64,000 nucleotides of DNA. Source: Candidatus Latescibacterota bacterium. GTDB taxonomy: Bacteria > Latescibacterota > UBA2968. The DNA is taken from assembly GCA_965205975.1 (NCBI GenBank), contig OZ242195.1:5184001-5248000 (forward strand). The letters are read 5' to 3'. The notes under the pieces are model-generated. The model made no database searches, was not told where the DNA came from, and was given only the letters and a program-made list of their open reading frames with translations. Of this stretch, positions 48,751 through 57,391 are shown piece by piece; the first letter of the stretch is position 1; the number at the start of each line of letters is the position of its first letter. The position numbers and the translations under genes are program-made.

Positions 48751-50108
48751 TTTATGCCAAACCTGTCTTCCCAGTTATCCAGCGTGACAAAACGGCCGTT
48801 TTCGACAACGGTGTAATAGACTCGCTGTAGCCCCTGTCGTCGGTCTGGACCAAAAGAGACCTGTTCCCCGATGCCCAGATCAAAATCTCGAATGCTGAAG
48901 ACCGCGTCTTCGAGCTGGCTTCGCTGCGGGTCGTCGCCGAGGCGGCGCAGAATTTCAACCATCAATTTGGCGTTGAGAAATCCCTCGAGGCTGACAAAAC
49001 TTTGCGCAAAGGGTGTGTAGTCTTCTTTCACCAGTTCTTCGGGTGGTTGAGGGGCGTATTGTTGCATCATTTCGCGGTACTCTTTGACAGCTGGCGTGGA
49101 TGTTTCTTCGTAGCTGGGCACGACCTGGGAGTTTACGAGCAGTTGCGTGTATGAGTCGCTGTTGTCCTGTCCTTCGGTGAGAAGTTTCAAGAGGTTTTCA
49201 CTTCCGACAAAGGACAGGTTGGCAATTGGAACCCGCAGGCCCAGGTCAACGGCGTCGCGTGCAAAGGCCGCACATGCCGCATAGGCTCCTATGCAGATCA
49301 CCGCTTCTGGGTCTGATGCTTTCAGTATTTCGACCTGTTTTCGCATGCTGCCGGTGAATTTTTCTCCGCGGCTGTACGTCGCTTCGCCCACTATTTGTTC
49401 TCCGTGCTGCTTCAGGGCACTTCTTACGCCTGCCCATCCACTGCGACCATAAGCATCGGCTTGATAGAATACGGCAATGCGTTTTCGGTTGATGCGAACA
49501 AAATTATCCACGAGACCAGCGGTTTCCTGGCGGTAGGAAGCGCGCAGATTAAAGGCGAAGTCGCCATAAGGCGGTTCTCGCTGGGGTTGCGCGCCAGTGA
49601 ATGGAAAGAATAAGAAGATGTTTCTGTCCTGGAACTTTTTGAGCATGGGGAGCACGCGGGTTACGGTGGGCGTTCCGACATAACCGAAAAGCAAAAATAC
49701 TTCGTCTTCCAACATCAATTTCAGGGTGTTTTTGACGGAGGGATCGGGCTGGTAGCCGTCGTCATAGGTTTTGAGAACGACTTTGCGTCCCGATATGCCT
49801 CCCTGCTGATTGATGTGTGTGAAATACGCACTGGCACCGCGATACAGTTCAATGCCCAAACCCCGGGATGGGCCGGAGAACGCTGCGGATATGCCGAGTA
49901 TAATCTCGGTGTTGGTCACGCCAGATGATGTCTGTGTCATGGTGTGCCTCCTTGTTTGTGGTTCAAGCTGGCCGGTGTTGGCGACCGCTATCAGAGTTTT
50001 CAACCATGGGGCGATCGCGCAACAGGCAAGGCCGGAACGGATGAGTGCTCTTCTCGTTATTGGTTTCATACGGGATGTGCTCTTTCGCTGACGCCCGGAC
50101 CTGATCAT
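48747..50108 (-). CDS. Branched-chain-amino-acid-type periplasmic binding protein (start uncertain: 50108, 50069 or 49940)
   Basis: GISAAFSGP, GGISGRK..YDDGYQP, GYVGTPT, RASY..E, SLEGF. Confidence 0.85.
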   Translation of the reverse strand: MIRSGRQRKSTSRMKPITRRALIRSGLACCAIAPWLKTLIAVANTGQLEPQTRRHTMTQTSSGVTNTEIILGISAAFSGPSRGLGIELYRGASAYFTHINQQGGISGRKVVLKTYDDGYQPDPSVKNTLKLMLEDEVFLLFGYVGTPTVTRVLPMLKKFQDRNIFLFFPFTGAQPQREPPYGDFAFNLRASYRQETAGLVDNFVRINRKRIAVFYQADAYGRSGWAGVRSALKQHGEQIVGEATYSRGEKFTGSMRKQVEILKASDPEAVICIGAYAACAAFARDAVDLGLRVPIANLSFVGSENLLKLLTEGQDNSDSYTQLLVNSQVVPSYEETSTPAVKEYREMMQQYAPQPPEELVKEDYTPFAQSFVSLEGFLNAKLMVEILRRLGDDPQRSQLEDAVFSIRDFDLGIGEQVSFGPDRRQGLQRVYYTVVENGRFVTLDNWEDRFGIK

Positions 50109-50905
50109 TCTTCAAGCGTTGGGCGATTTAGCCGCGTGTGATAGGGCGGTTCCATGACCGCGCGCTGCCGTTCGTTTGCCCATTCGGGTATGTCATAGGC
50201 GCGTACATACGCCATGTTGCCGGCGGTGTAGCGGGTGAGCGTTGACCGCCGTGGATGATCCGCTTTCCAGGGCAGGGTGCCGTGTGTGACGGCTTCGGTG
50301 AAGATGATTGCGTCGCCTGCCTTACAGGTGATCTGGCGGATGTGTTCCAGGTGGTTCTGGTAGAGACGCATTTCTTGTGGGCAGGGATAATTGCTTTTGT
50401 GCGATCCGGGTATGAGAGAGAGACCGCCATCGCCTGCGTTGACATCTGTGAGTTGGATAGAGACGACGGTGAGGCCGTTGTGCATTTTGCCATCTTTGAA
50501 TATGTAATACTGGTTGGGGTCAAATCCGGGTCCAGAGGAGCCGTGAAACCGATGGCCTTCGGCGCCTTTGTCCATCCAGAGCAGAAACATCTGGTGATCG
50601 ATGCGAAAGCCTTTGCCGAGTATTTCGTTGAGATAGGGCACAATGCGGGGATGCGCCAGCATGTCGCGGAAGGGATTGCACCAGGGTTCATCCCAGTGGA
50701 TGAGGCTGCCGAGTTCGCCGCGACCATGCGTGCCTTCAAGCGCGGGTGAGTCGCCGTCGAGACGTTGTTCTCTCGGGCGAACACGCCCTTTGTCGAGGTG
50801 GCGGTCAACCGCTTCGTTCGCCAGGGCGAGTTCGTCTTTGGTCAAGACGTTTTCAACGACGAGATACCCGTTGAGGTCAAAGAGATATTTTTCGTCTTCG
50901 TTCAT
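50105..50905 (-). CDS. PhyH family Fe(II)/2OG oxygenase, HxS variant
   Basis: YLFDLNGY, FHGSS, LIPGSHK, AGDAIIFTEAVTHGT..RR. Confidence 0.88.
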   Translation of the reverse strand: MNEDEKYLFDLNGYLVVENVLTKDELALANEAVDRHLDKGRVRPREQRLDGDSPALEGTHGRGELGSLIHWDEPWCNPFRDMLAHPRIVPYLNEILGKGFRIDHQMFLLWMDKGAEGHRFHGSSGPGFDPNQYYIFKDGKMHNGLTVVSIQLTDVNAGDGGLSLIPGSHKSNYPCPQEMRLYQNHLEHIRQITCKAGDAIIFTEAVTHGTLPWKADHPRRSTLTRYTAGNMAYVRAYDIPEWANERQRAVMEPPYHTRLNRPTLEE

Positions 50906-50930
50906 GGTGTTAGGCTTCTTGTTTTAGGTT

Positions 50931-52376
50931 TTAATTTATCAGACTCGCATATGCCTCTCGCCCTTGGCGGAAGAGGTCTTTGACTTCGTCGCGTTGCTGG
51001 TCTGTGTTGTAGCGGCCATAGGTGTCGATCCATTTGAGCGCGTCTTCGATGCCGTTGAGAAAATACTGCGCAGATTCGTTGCGTTCGGCAGGTGGGCGTC
51101 CGCAGGCAAAATAAACCGGGCTGCTGTGTGCGTAGATCGATTGGTCAAAGCTGTCGCGCTGGTTGCCCCAGAGCCGGGCTACGACCCAGCCGTCGCGGTC
51201 GATATTTACCCGATGGCGAATGGCGCCCTCGCGTTTGCCTTCGGGATAGTTTTCCCTGTGAATGATGTGCCCATTCATCGCGATTTCGGCGCAGTGAATG
51301 GGGTAATAGGATGTGAATGTGGATTCTATGTCGAGCGAGCCGCCTGAAGGCAATTCAACTGTGGCACCCATGGGGTGATCGTTTGCGTTCAGGTCAATGG
51401 CGGGACCATTGGTGATAAAGGTGTTGCCCGATTTCATACCGGTTATCCAGTTTTCGTAGGAGAATGCACCTTTGGTGTTGACATAGACGCGGTTGTTGGA
51501 GCAGACGAACCAGTCGGTGCCGGTGGAGGCGGGCAAGGCGATGCCGCAGTTGAGCAGTTTGTACCACAGGTCGTATTCGGGGTCCATCCAGAAGGGATCG
51601 AACAGGTTGAAGGCGTCCAGTTTGCCCAGTGCCGCAGCAATAGGGGCTTCCATGCCGCGACCGTTGTGACACCATATTACAATACCACCTTGATCGCGGG
51701 CTTCGTCACAGCAAAAGCACAGGGGGGGATAGTCGGGGTCGAATTGCGCTGTGAGGATGTGGCCGCGGCTGACGGGTTGGATGAGGTTGCGGATGTTGAG
51801 GAACATGACGTGCCCATATCCGAACCCCCAGGGCGAGTTTTCGCCGTAGTGGCGGTTTTCTTCGCCGATGTCGAGTACGTGATGTGCGGTGGTAAATTCG
51901 TTCATTACGCCGATGGGATATTTGTTGCTGGCGTAGGGGAGTTGCCTTCTGTCGAGGACGCTTACGACGGTGACGTTGTAGCCTTCCACGCTGCAGTCAA
52001 TGGATAGACGGTCGTCGGGGCGGGTTTCTTTTTCGTCGTAGTGGATGTGCGTGTTGCCCGGATACCAGTTGTTTTCCTGGGGGATATACCAGCGGTTGAG
52101 GGTGATTTCGACGTCTTTGACGCCGTTTTCGGGCATTTCGACCACGGTGCGGATGGGTTCGTATTCCGTGCCGCGTTCGACCAGTATGTCGGTGCGCCCG
52201 CGTGAGGCTTGAACTTCAAATTCGCCATCGCAAAAGAAGAAGGGCGTGCCGGGACCGCGCTTGAGCATGGCGTCGCGCGGGTGGCAAAAACGACCGTTGG
52301 CGGTCAGGACGTGTACTTTGGCGTTGATGTGTTCGCCTGTGGTGCTGTCGATAATATGTCCGTGCAGGGTGCCCAT
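50931..52376 (-). CDS. CehA/McbA family (PHP-like) metallohydrolase
   Basis: GNTHIH, EENR, GHV, WCH, WYKLLNCG..ASTGTD, FITNGP, AHSSPVY. Confidence 0.82.
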   Translation of the reverse strand: MGTLHGHIIDSTTGEHINAKVHVLTANGRFCHPRDAMLKRGPGTPFFFCDGEFEVQASRGRTDILVERGTEYEPIRTVVEMPENGVKDVEITLNRWYIPQENNWYPGNTHIHYDEKETRPDDRLSIDCSVEGYNVTVVSVLDRRQLPYASNKYPIGVMNEFTTAHHVLDIGEENRHYGENSPWGFGYGHVMFLNIRNLIQPVSRGHILTAQFDPDYPPLCFCCDEARDQGGIVIWCHNGRGMEAPIAAALGKLDAFNLFDPFWMDPEYDLWYKLLNCGIALPASTGTDWFVCSNNRVYVNTKGAFSYENWITGMKSGNTFITNGPAIDLNANDHPMGATVELPSGGSLDIESTFTSYYPIHCAEIAMNGHIIHRENYPEGKREGAIRHRVNIDRDGWVVARLWGNQRDSFDQSIYAHSSPVYFACGRPPAERNESAQYFLNGIEDALKWIDTYGRYNTDQQRDEVKDLFRQGREAYASLIN

Positions 52377-52460
52377 AGAGAACTCCTGATTTAGGTGTAT
52401 CTAAACAGAAAATGATCGGCTCAGGAATTGGATGATGGACTTGATAAAGAGATGAGTCAT

Positions 52461-53447
52461 CTATATTTCTTGGTCAAACTTGTCAACGATTTTTTTTGCG
52501 AGAGATTGAAAGTCCTCAAAGCAACTCCTGACCGCCTTTTGTTGCGCGCCGATAGCACCGTCTGCTGGTTTCAACATGAACATAGGTTTTTTTCCCTCTT
52601 GTGCATAGGGCATGAGTGAACGGTAGTCTTTCAAGTGCGCCAAAAGATATTTATCGGTATCTATCGTCGGTGTTGTGGAGTTGCTTTTTTCCAGGACAGA
52701 TTCCCTGTATTCCACAGGTATCTTGTCAATCCATCTTTGGAAGGCTTGTACCGGACGATCTAGTCTGATGGTGTGTCGCATGACAATGTAACCGAGAGGT
52801 TTCATGTCGCCGCTGGGTAGGCTGATATCCATATCTACCGGTTGCTCATTAATGCGTTTTTTCCATGCCGATCTCCATTCTCTCAAAATCTCTCCTACAT
52901 TTCCTAAGCCTTGCAAAGAGAACAGGTCGGGCGCAAGTGGGATAATAATATGGTCGCTGGCTATCAGCGCAGCTCGGTTAATAGCACCGAGATTCGGCCC
53001 GACATCTAACAATGCCAAATCGGCTTCAAATTGTTCACCGGCACTGGCTATCAGCCGCGCAAAGGCAGTTGTTACGCGAAAGGCGCGTTCTTCTCCGTCC
53101 AAACACTTTGACCATCGCTCTGAGAGTTCTCCTTCGCGCTTGGAAAGAGCAAGGTCGCCGACCAACAGGCCGATCCGTTCATCGATTTTTTCTATATGAG
53201 GTTCCGCGGTAATGTCGCCTGTTCCTTTGAACAAGGGTGCTATGTCTCCATCAATGGTTTTTGGCGGGGTCTGCCAAATTTCTTCCAGTCTGTTTTCTCT
53301 TAGAAACATCCCGCTCAGATTGGCTTGGGGATCCAGGTCGGCTGCGATGACGCGATGCCCGACTTCATTGAGCATCCATGCGAGGTGATAAACAAGGGTA
53401 GTTTTACCTACGCCACCTTTATTGTTAAAAAACGCGATGGTTTTCAT
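52461..53447 (-). CDS. ParA/Soj-like (AAA_31) ATPase
   Basis: FFNNKGGVGKTT, DLDPQANL, DVGPNLGAINR, PDLFSLQG. Confidence 0.88.
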   Translation of the reverse strand: MKTIAFFNNKGGVGKTTLVYHLAWMLNEVGHRVIAADLDPQANLSGMFLRENRLEEIWQTPPKTIDGDIAPLFKGTGDITAEPHIEKIDERIGLLVGDLALSKREGELSERWSKCLDGEERAFRVTTAFARLIASAGEQFEADLALLDVGPNLGAINRAALIASDHIIIPLAPDLFSLQGLGNVGEILREWRSAWKKRINEQPVDMDISLPSGDMKPLGYIVMRHTIRLDRPVQAFQRWIDKIPVEYRESVLEKSNSTTPTIDTDKYLLAHLKDYRSLMPYAQEGKKPMFMLKPADGAIGAQQKAVRSCFEDFQSLAKKIVDKFDQEI

Positions 53448-54643
53448 TGACGTTTCCTTATTTCCGCAAGGATGACCGTATCCTCAACTTCAAATTTCAA
53501 CTCAGGGTTGCCATTTTCCTCCAATGCTTTGTACGCTGTCGAAATGCCTATGCCAAAACGTTGCATAAATCCCATATTCTTCATTGCTTCGGCGATGGTG
53601 GGATTGCGATATGCAGTAATATTTAGCGTCCTAAAATTTTCAAAATTCTCTTTTGTTACTTCGCCATAAACCGAACCCGGACTGATAATTTCTACTCTGT
53701 TGGCAAACCAATAAATTCGCACAGGCGTATTGGTGCTGTCGTAGTTTCTGTGGATTACCGCATTTCGGACCAACTCGCGCAGTGCCTCGTACGGATAGTC
53801 TGGCTCTTCAATATGTGTTTCTCCACGGGTGTTCAGAGCAATAGCGATATTTCGTTTCAGCAGGCTGTCTATTTCGCGTAATTGATCCGGTAATGGGCCA
53901 GAGATTACAGTCTGATCGAGAATGGGATCCGTCACCTGATTTCCTGCATAACGGACAAACTGAATATATGCACCCGGAAACCAATAGGATGGCTCTTTAC
54001 CCAACATGAGTATTGCCGTCACTGTTGGCGTTCTGTCTTGAGTCGTCAAACGGAGTGCTCGCAATTGTGCTTCACGGTCACGGTCATTGGCTTCCATCAC
54101 CTCGGGTGGTATAGCAGAGGGCAGGTATTCATTTTCAAATTTCCATATATCCAGATCTTCTTCTATAGATGTGTTTTTCACCCCTTGCATATCAAACGGC
54201 AAATTTCCCCATTGTCTTTTCTCCGTTAAGCGACGCTCTTCATCAGATGTTGCCTGACCGCGTCTTGGGCCAATACGTATCCAACATCTACCATCAACCT
54301 TCACTGGAGGATTATCGGATGGTTTGACCTGTATCACGGCGATTTCGCAACCATTCAGAATTTTCTTGTCAACTTCCATAGATGGAAAGGGGAGAATTTT
54401 GCCGTCATTTCGCAAACCACCGAGTGTCTGTAATAATTGATCATCAATCGTCAAGCCTGCACAACTTCCGTCATCTTTGATGCCAACAAAGATCAGGCCT
54501 GGCTTCCTGTGATCGGGCATGTCGTTGGCAAAGGCGCAGATCGCTTGACGAAATTTATCGAAATCTGTGGTTGCTTGGGTAAATTCCACCCGGTCACTTT
54601 CCCCTCTCTGGATTATCGCAGACAGTTTGTTGTCACTCAGCAT
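53444..54643 (-). CDS. Schlafen/AlbA_2 domain + HATPase_c_4 (RecG-C-like) protein
   Basis: GESDRVEF, ICAFAND, IFVGIKDDG; YPYEALRELVRNAVIHRNY, SPG, RNP, GIGI. Confidence 0.85.
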   Translation of the reverse strand: MLSDNKLSAIIQRGESDRVEFTQATTDFDKFRQAICAFANDMPDHRKPGLIFVGIKDDGSCAGLTIDDQLLQTLGGLRNDGKILPFPSMEVDKKILNGCEIAVIQVKPSDNPPVKVDGRCWIRIGPRRGQATSDEERRLTEKRQWGNLPFDMQGVKNTSIEEDLDIWKFENEYLPSAIPPEVMEANDRDREAQLRALRLTTQDRTPTVTAILMLGKEPSYWFPGAYIQFVRYAGNQVTDPILDQTVISGPLPDQLREIDSLLKRNIAIALNTRGETHIEEPDYPYEALRELVRNAVIHRNYDSTNTPVRIYWFANRVEIISPGSVYGEVTKENFENFRTLNITAYRNPTIAEAMKNMGFMQRFGIGISTAYKALEENGNPELKFEVEDTVILAEIRKRQ

Positions 54644-54676
54644 TATATGCTCCAGATTGTATTATAGGGCTGTTTA

Positions 54677-55096
54677 TTATAGATCGAGCTTGTCTGCAAA
54701 TGCCAGCATTTTTGCTTCAACCTCCTGGGCAATCGGTTGTAGTGTTTCCTGATTGATCTCGATCTGCTGAATCCTTTCATCCACATTTGTCGAGAGACAA
54801 AAACGCAGGTTGTGTGTCAGATCGTGCATCGCGTGCTCAATATGGTCTCGAACCGTCCCAGGAGGGTACATCCACTGTCTTGCCCGGGTCTGTTTCAGGT
54901 TGATGTGGCAATGACCTTTCCCGCCGTGTTTTTTTGCCTCGCCAAAACAATCCAGACGCAAAACTTCCTGATTGTAAGCATATACAGATGCTGCGGGTCC
55001 GTAACCGGCGCGGTCGTTCCGCCAATAGACTTCCAGCCGCACATCGTCTTGTATCGGATATGTAGTCCGATCTTGTCTGCCTGGTTGTGTGTCCAT
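54677..55096 (-). CDS. Hypothetical protein
   Basis: 139-aa ORF with AAGGGAG RBS; EVLRLDCF..GHCH motif. Confidence 0.65.
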   Translation of the reverse strand: MDTQPGRQDRTTYPIQDDVRLEVYWRNDRAGYGPAASVYAYNQEVLRLDCFGEAKKHGGKGHCHINLKQTRARQWMYPPGTVRDHIEHAMHDLTHNLRFCLSTNVDERIQQIEINQETLQPIAQEVEAKMLAFADKLDL

Positions 55097-55204
55097 GTCA
55101 TTTCTCCCTTATTGTGACCTGTTACGGTCTGTGAGCAGCATGGTGGATGGCGTATTTTGTGATAGTGCATCGAAAAAAAAGCCATTGATATCGATCTTGA
55201 GCTT

Positions 55205-55258
55205 GTCATTGCGACATGGTGTTGAGCCGCCACGCGGCAAGCACAACGAAGTAATCCA
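55205..55258. repeat. Palindromic REP-like element, extended variant (copy 2)
   Basis: gtcattgcgacatggtgttgagccgc...gaagtaatcca shares its 5' part and AATCCA end with 21332 and 59477. Confidence 0.65.
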
Positions 55259-55291
55259 AGATGCATCAGATTTTGAACATGTCAATGTAAT

Positions 55292-55855
55292 TCATGAAGT
55301 GATTGCATGTTCTGATAGTTTGCCGACAAATTCATTAGCCGGTAAAATTTCGACCTCATCGACAATTTCGCGTGATAAAGCACCTTTCAGTTCATTGGAT
55401 AAAGGATCTTTCAGATTGCGAAAAAATCTTGCATCCCTTGTCGAATATCTGCCACTAACCACGAGCCAGAACTTGTAATTTTTTGCTTCCAGCAGTTCTT
55501 TCGCGTCTTCGCATACCGCAGATAGGCGACATAATACGAGCATTGATCCATAAGCTTTTAGTCGGTTTTCCTGGCGGATGTACCTGTCGATAAATTGCTT
55601 TTGATCGGTACTTTCGAGATAATGATATTCGTTTTGCAAATTCCTGTGCTGATCTATGAGTCTGGTTTCTTCGATCAAGATAATAGTATCGTCCTTGCTG
55701 AGCAGAAAATAATCACAGCAATTACAAGAACCTAAACCAACATCTTTCCGCATATCAGGTTGCGGCGATTCGCCATCCATGCGGTATGCACGGTGGTCTG
55801 TAAGAGGTGTACCAGCAAGTTCAATCGGTTCGAGGAATTTTTCGAGATCAATCAT
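55292..55855 (-). CDS. Hypothetical protein, degenerate PD-(D/E)XK-like
   Basis: CCDYFLL..IILIEET..K pattern; ATGA overlap with the ATPase. Confidence 0.55.
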   Translation of the reverse strand: MIDLEKFLEPIELAGTPLTDHRAYRMDGESPQPDMRKDVGLGSCNCCDYFLLSKDDTIILIEETRLIDQHRNLQNEYHYLESTDQKQFIDRYIRQENRLKAYGSMLVLCRLSAVCEDAKELLEAKNYKFWLVVSGRYSTRDARFFRNLKDPLSNELKGALSREIVDEVEILPANEFVGKLSEHAITS

Positions 55856-57234
55856 ATCCCCTCAATGTACAGATCAGAGAAGGGCTTGGTTAATTCGTGC
55901 ATGATCTTTCCCATCTTTGTTTCAAAATCCTCTTTGACTTTATCTCTGTTGATAGGAAATTGGTTGAGCGCAATGAGTTGCTCATCGTCCGGGTTCTTCT
56001 TTACATGAACGTCCAGCCATTGGAGGATATCTACACTGTGTGTGGCAATCACGACATTTACACCCTGGCGGGACAATTCGAAGAGGCTTTCTGCCATGGC
56101 GACCTGCCATGCCGGATGCAGATGTGCTTCTGGCTCGTCAATAAAGAGAAACGTCCCTTTGTCCAGTACCTTGCGCTCAATCAACAATGCCAGGATGCCG
56201 AGGTTGGCGATTCCCATAGCGGTGACAGACAATGAGAAATTGTTGCCATTTTCCTGGAAAGATAAATTGCCGGTTGTTTCGGAAATTGCAATCTTTCCGC
56301 CTATGACATTTTTTCCGATCAACTTTGCATATACATCCGGGAAAGCCATTTCTCCGGTATATTCATACTTCAATTCTCTAGCAAGATCATAGAAATATTC
56401 AGGAACGCCACTGAGTCTTTCTCTATCTCCGAAATGCACAGGGTAATCCCGTATGTCTTCCAACGCAGTTTTCAATTTCCAGTAAATAGGTGATTCGAGG
56501 TAGATTGCTCTGGAATAATCTTGTAGTTGTCGAAGATCGAAATGTTCATTGCTAAAATAAATACGGTTGCCATTCTCAAATGCAAAACTGCCAATATTAT
56601 CAATATCAACTTGAGACTCGCTTACTTGCAGTGTTCTGATATGTGAAAGATTAGGCACTTGAAAATTCTGAATCAAATTTTGAGAAATCCTGTCCTGTAC
56701 ACCATGTATAAGAAACTGATTGACACCTATTTCTTTAATATTTTCGAATAGTTCGCTTAGTTTCCTCAATAAACTTTCTATACTCTCTTTTTCTTTTTCA
56801 AAGCCTGTAGGCATGATTCTGGCTGGCGATAACCATCTTTGTTCAAGCACCTCATATAATTCATGCATTTTGTTTACAGAATTGACGGCAATCTGAGACA
56901 ACCGCCATTCAATTTTTTCAGAAGAATCAATAGAAAAAGACCTGGCTATATCTTCAACTTTGCGAATCTCATCGTCCAGTAGCGGTAGTAGCGAATCTTC
57001 ATCCTTATAACCTAAGGCCTCTATCCTACCCAAACTCCGTCGCAGCGAATTTAGCAGACTGTTGACGTACACTATGGCATAGTCCGCGTTCATTGCGTTA
57101 AATATTGAATAGAGGAGTTTTGATACAAAACTTTTGCCCGTATTGTTTGGTCCAGCAAACACAGTGAACTGGCCGATGCAGACTTCTGAATCTTCGAGTT
57201 TACCGATATTCTTGATTTTTACTTTGAAAGCCAT
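55852..57234 (-). CDS. AAA_15/AAA_21 ABC-type ATPase
   Basis: GPNNTGKS, TAMGIANL, IDEPEAHLHP, ATHS; AT-rich coding sequence. Confidence 0.85.
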   Translation of the reverse strand: MAFKVKIKNIGKLEDSEVCIGQFTVFAGPNNTGKSFVSKLLYSIFNAMNADYAIVYVNSLLNSLRRSLGRIEALGYKDEDSLLPLLDDEIRKVEDIARSFSIDSSEKIEWRLSQIAVNSVNKMHELYEVLEQRWLSPARIMPTGFEKEKESIESLLRKLSELFENIKEIGVNQFLIHGVQDRISQNLIQNFQVPNLSHIRTLQVSESQVDIDNIGSFAFENGNRIYFSNEHFDLRQLQDYSRAIYLESPIYWKLKTALEDIRDYPVHFGDRERLSGVPEYFYDLARELKYEYTGEMAFPDVYAKLIGKNVIGGKIAISETTGNLSFQENGNNFSLSVTAMGIANLGILALLIERKVLDKGTFLFIDEPEAHLHPAWQVAMAESLFELSRQGVNVVIATHSVDILQWLDVHVKKNPDDEQLIALNQFPINRDKVKEDFETKMGKIMHELTKPFSDLYIEGI

Positions 57235-57334
57235 GGCAGGTTTGATTGATAAGTTGGATGTATGCTTTGTGTTGTTTGTTCAGGGTACTGCCAGAATTCC
57301 ATAAAGTTAAGATACATATCTCAGGATACAAAGA

Positions 57335-57377
57335 AAAGCCCCGCTTTGACCATTGTTTTTTTGAGCGGGGCTTTTTG
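57335..57377. terminator. Probable bidirectional intrinsic terminator
   Basis: aaaagccccgct...agcggggctttt just after the 57392 stop. Confidence 0.65.
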
Positions 57378-57391
57378 TATTTGAGCGCTGG

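Noticed and set aside
52461..53447. Chromosome or plasmid partition locus
   Set aside because: No parB, parS or replication gene nearby; the gene is coupled to a Schlafen-domain gene instead
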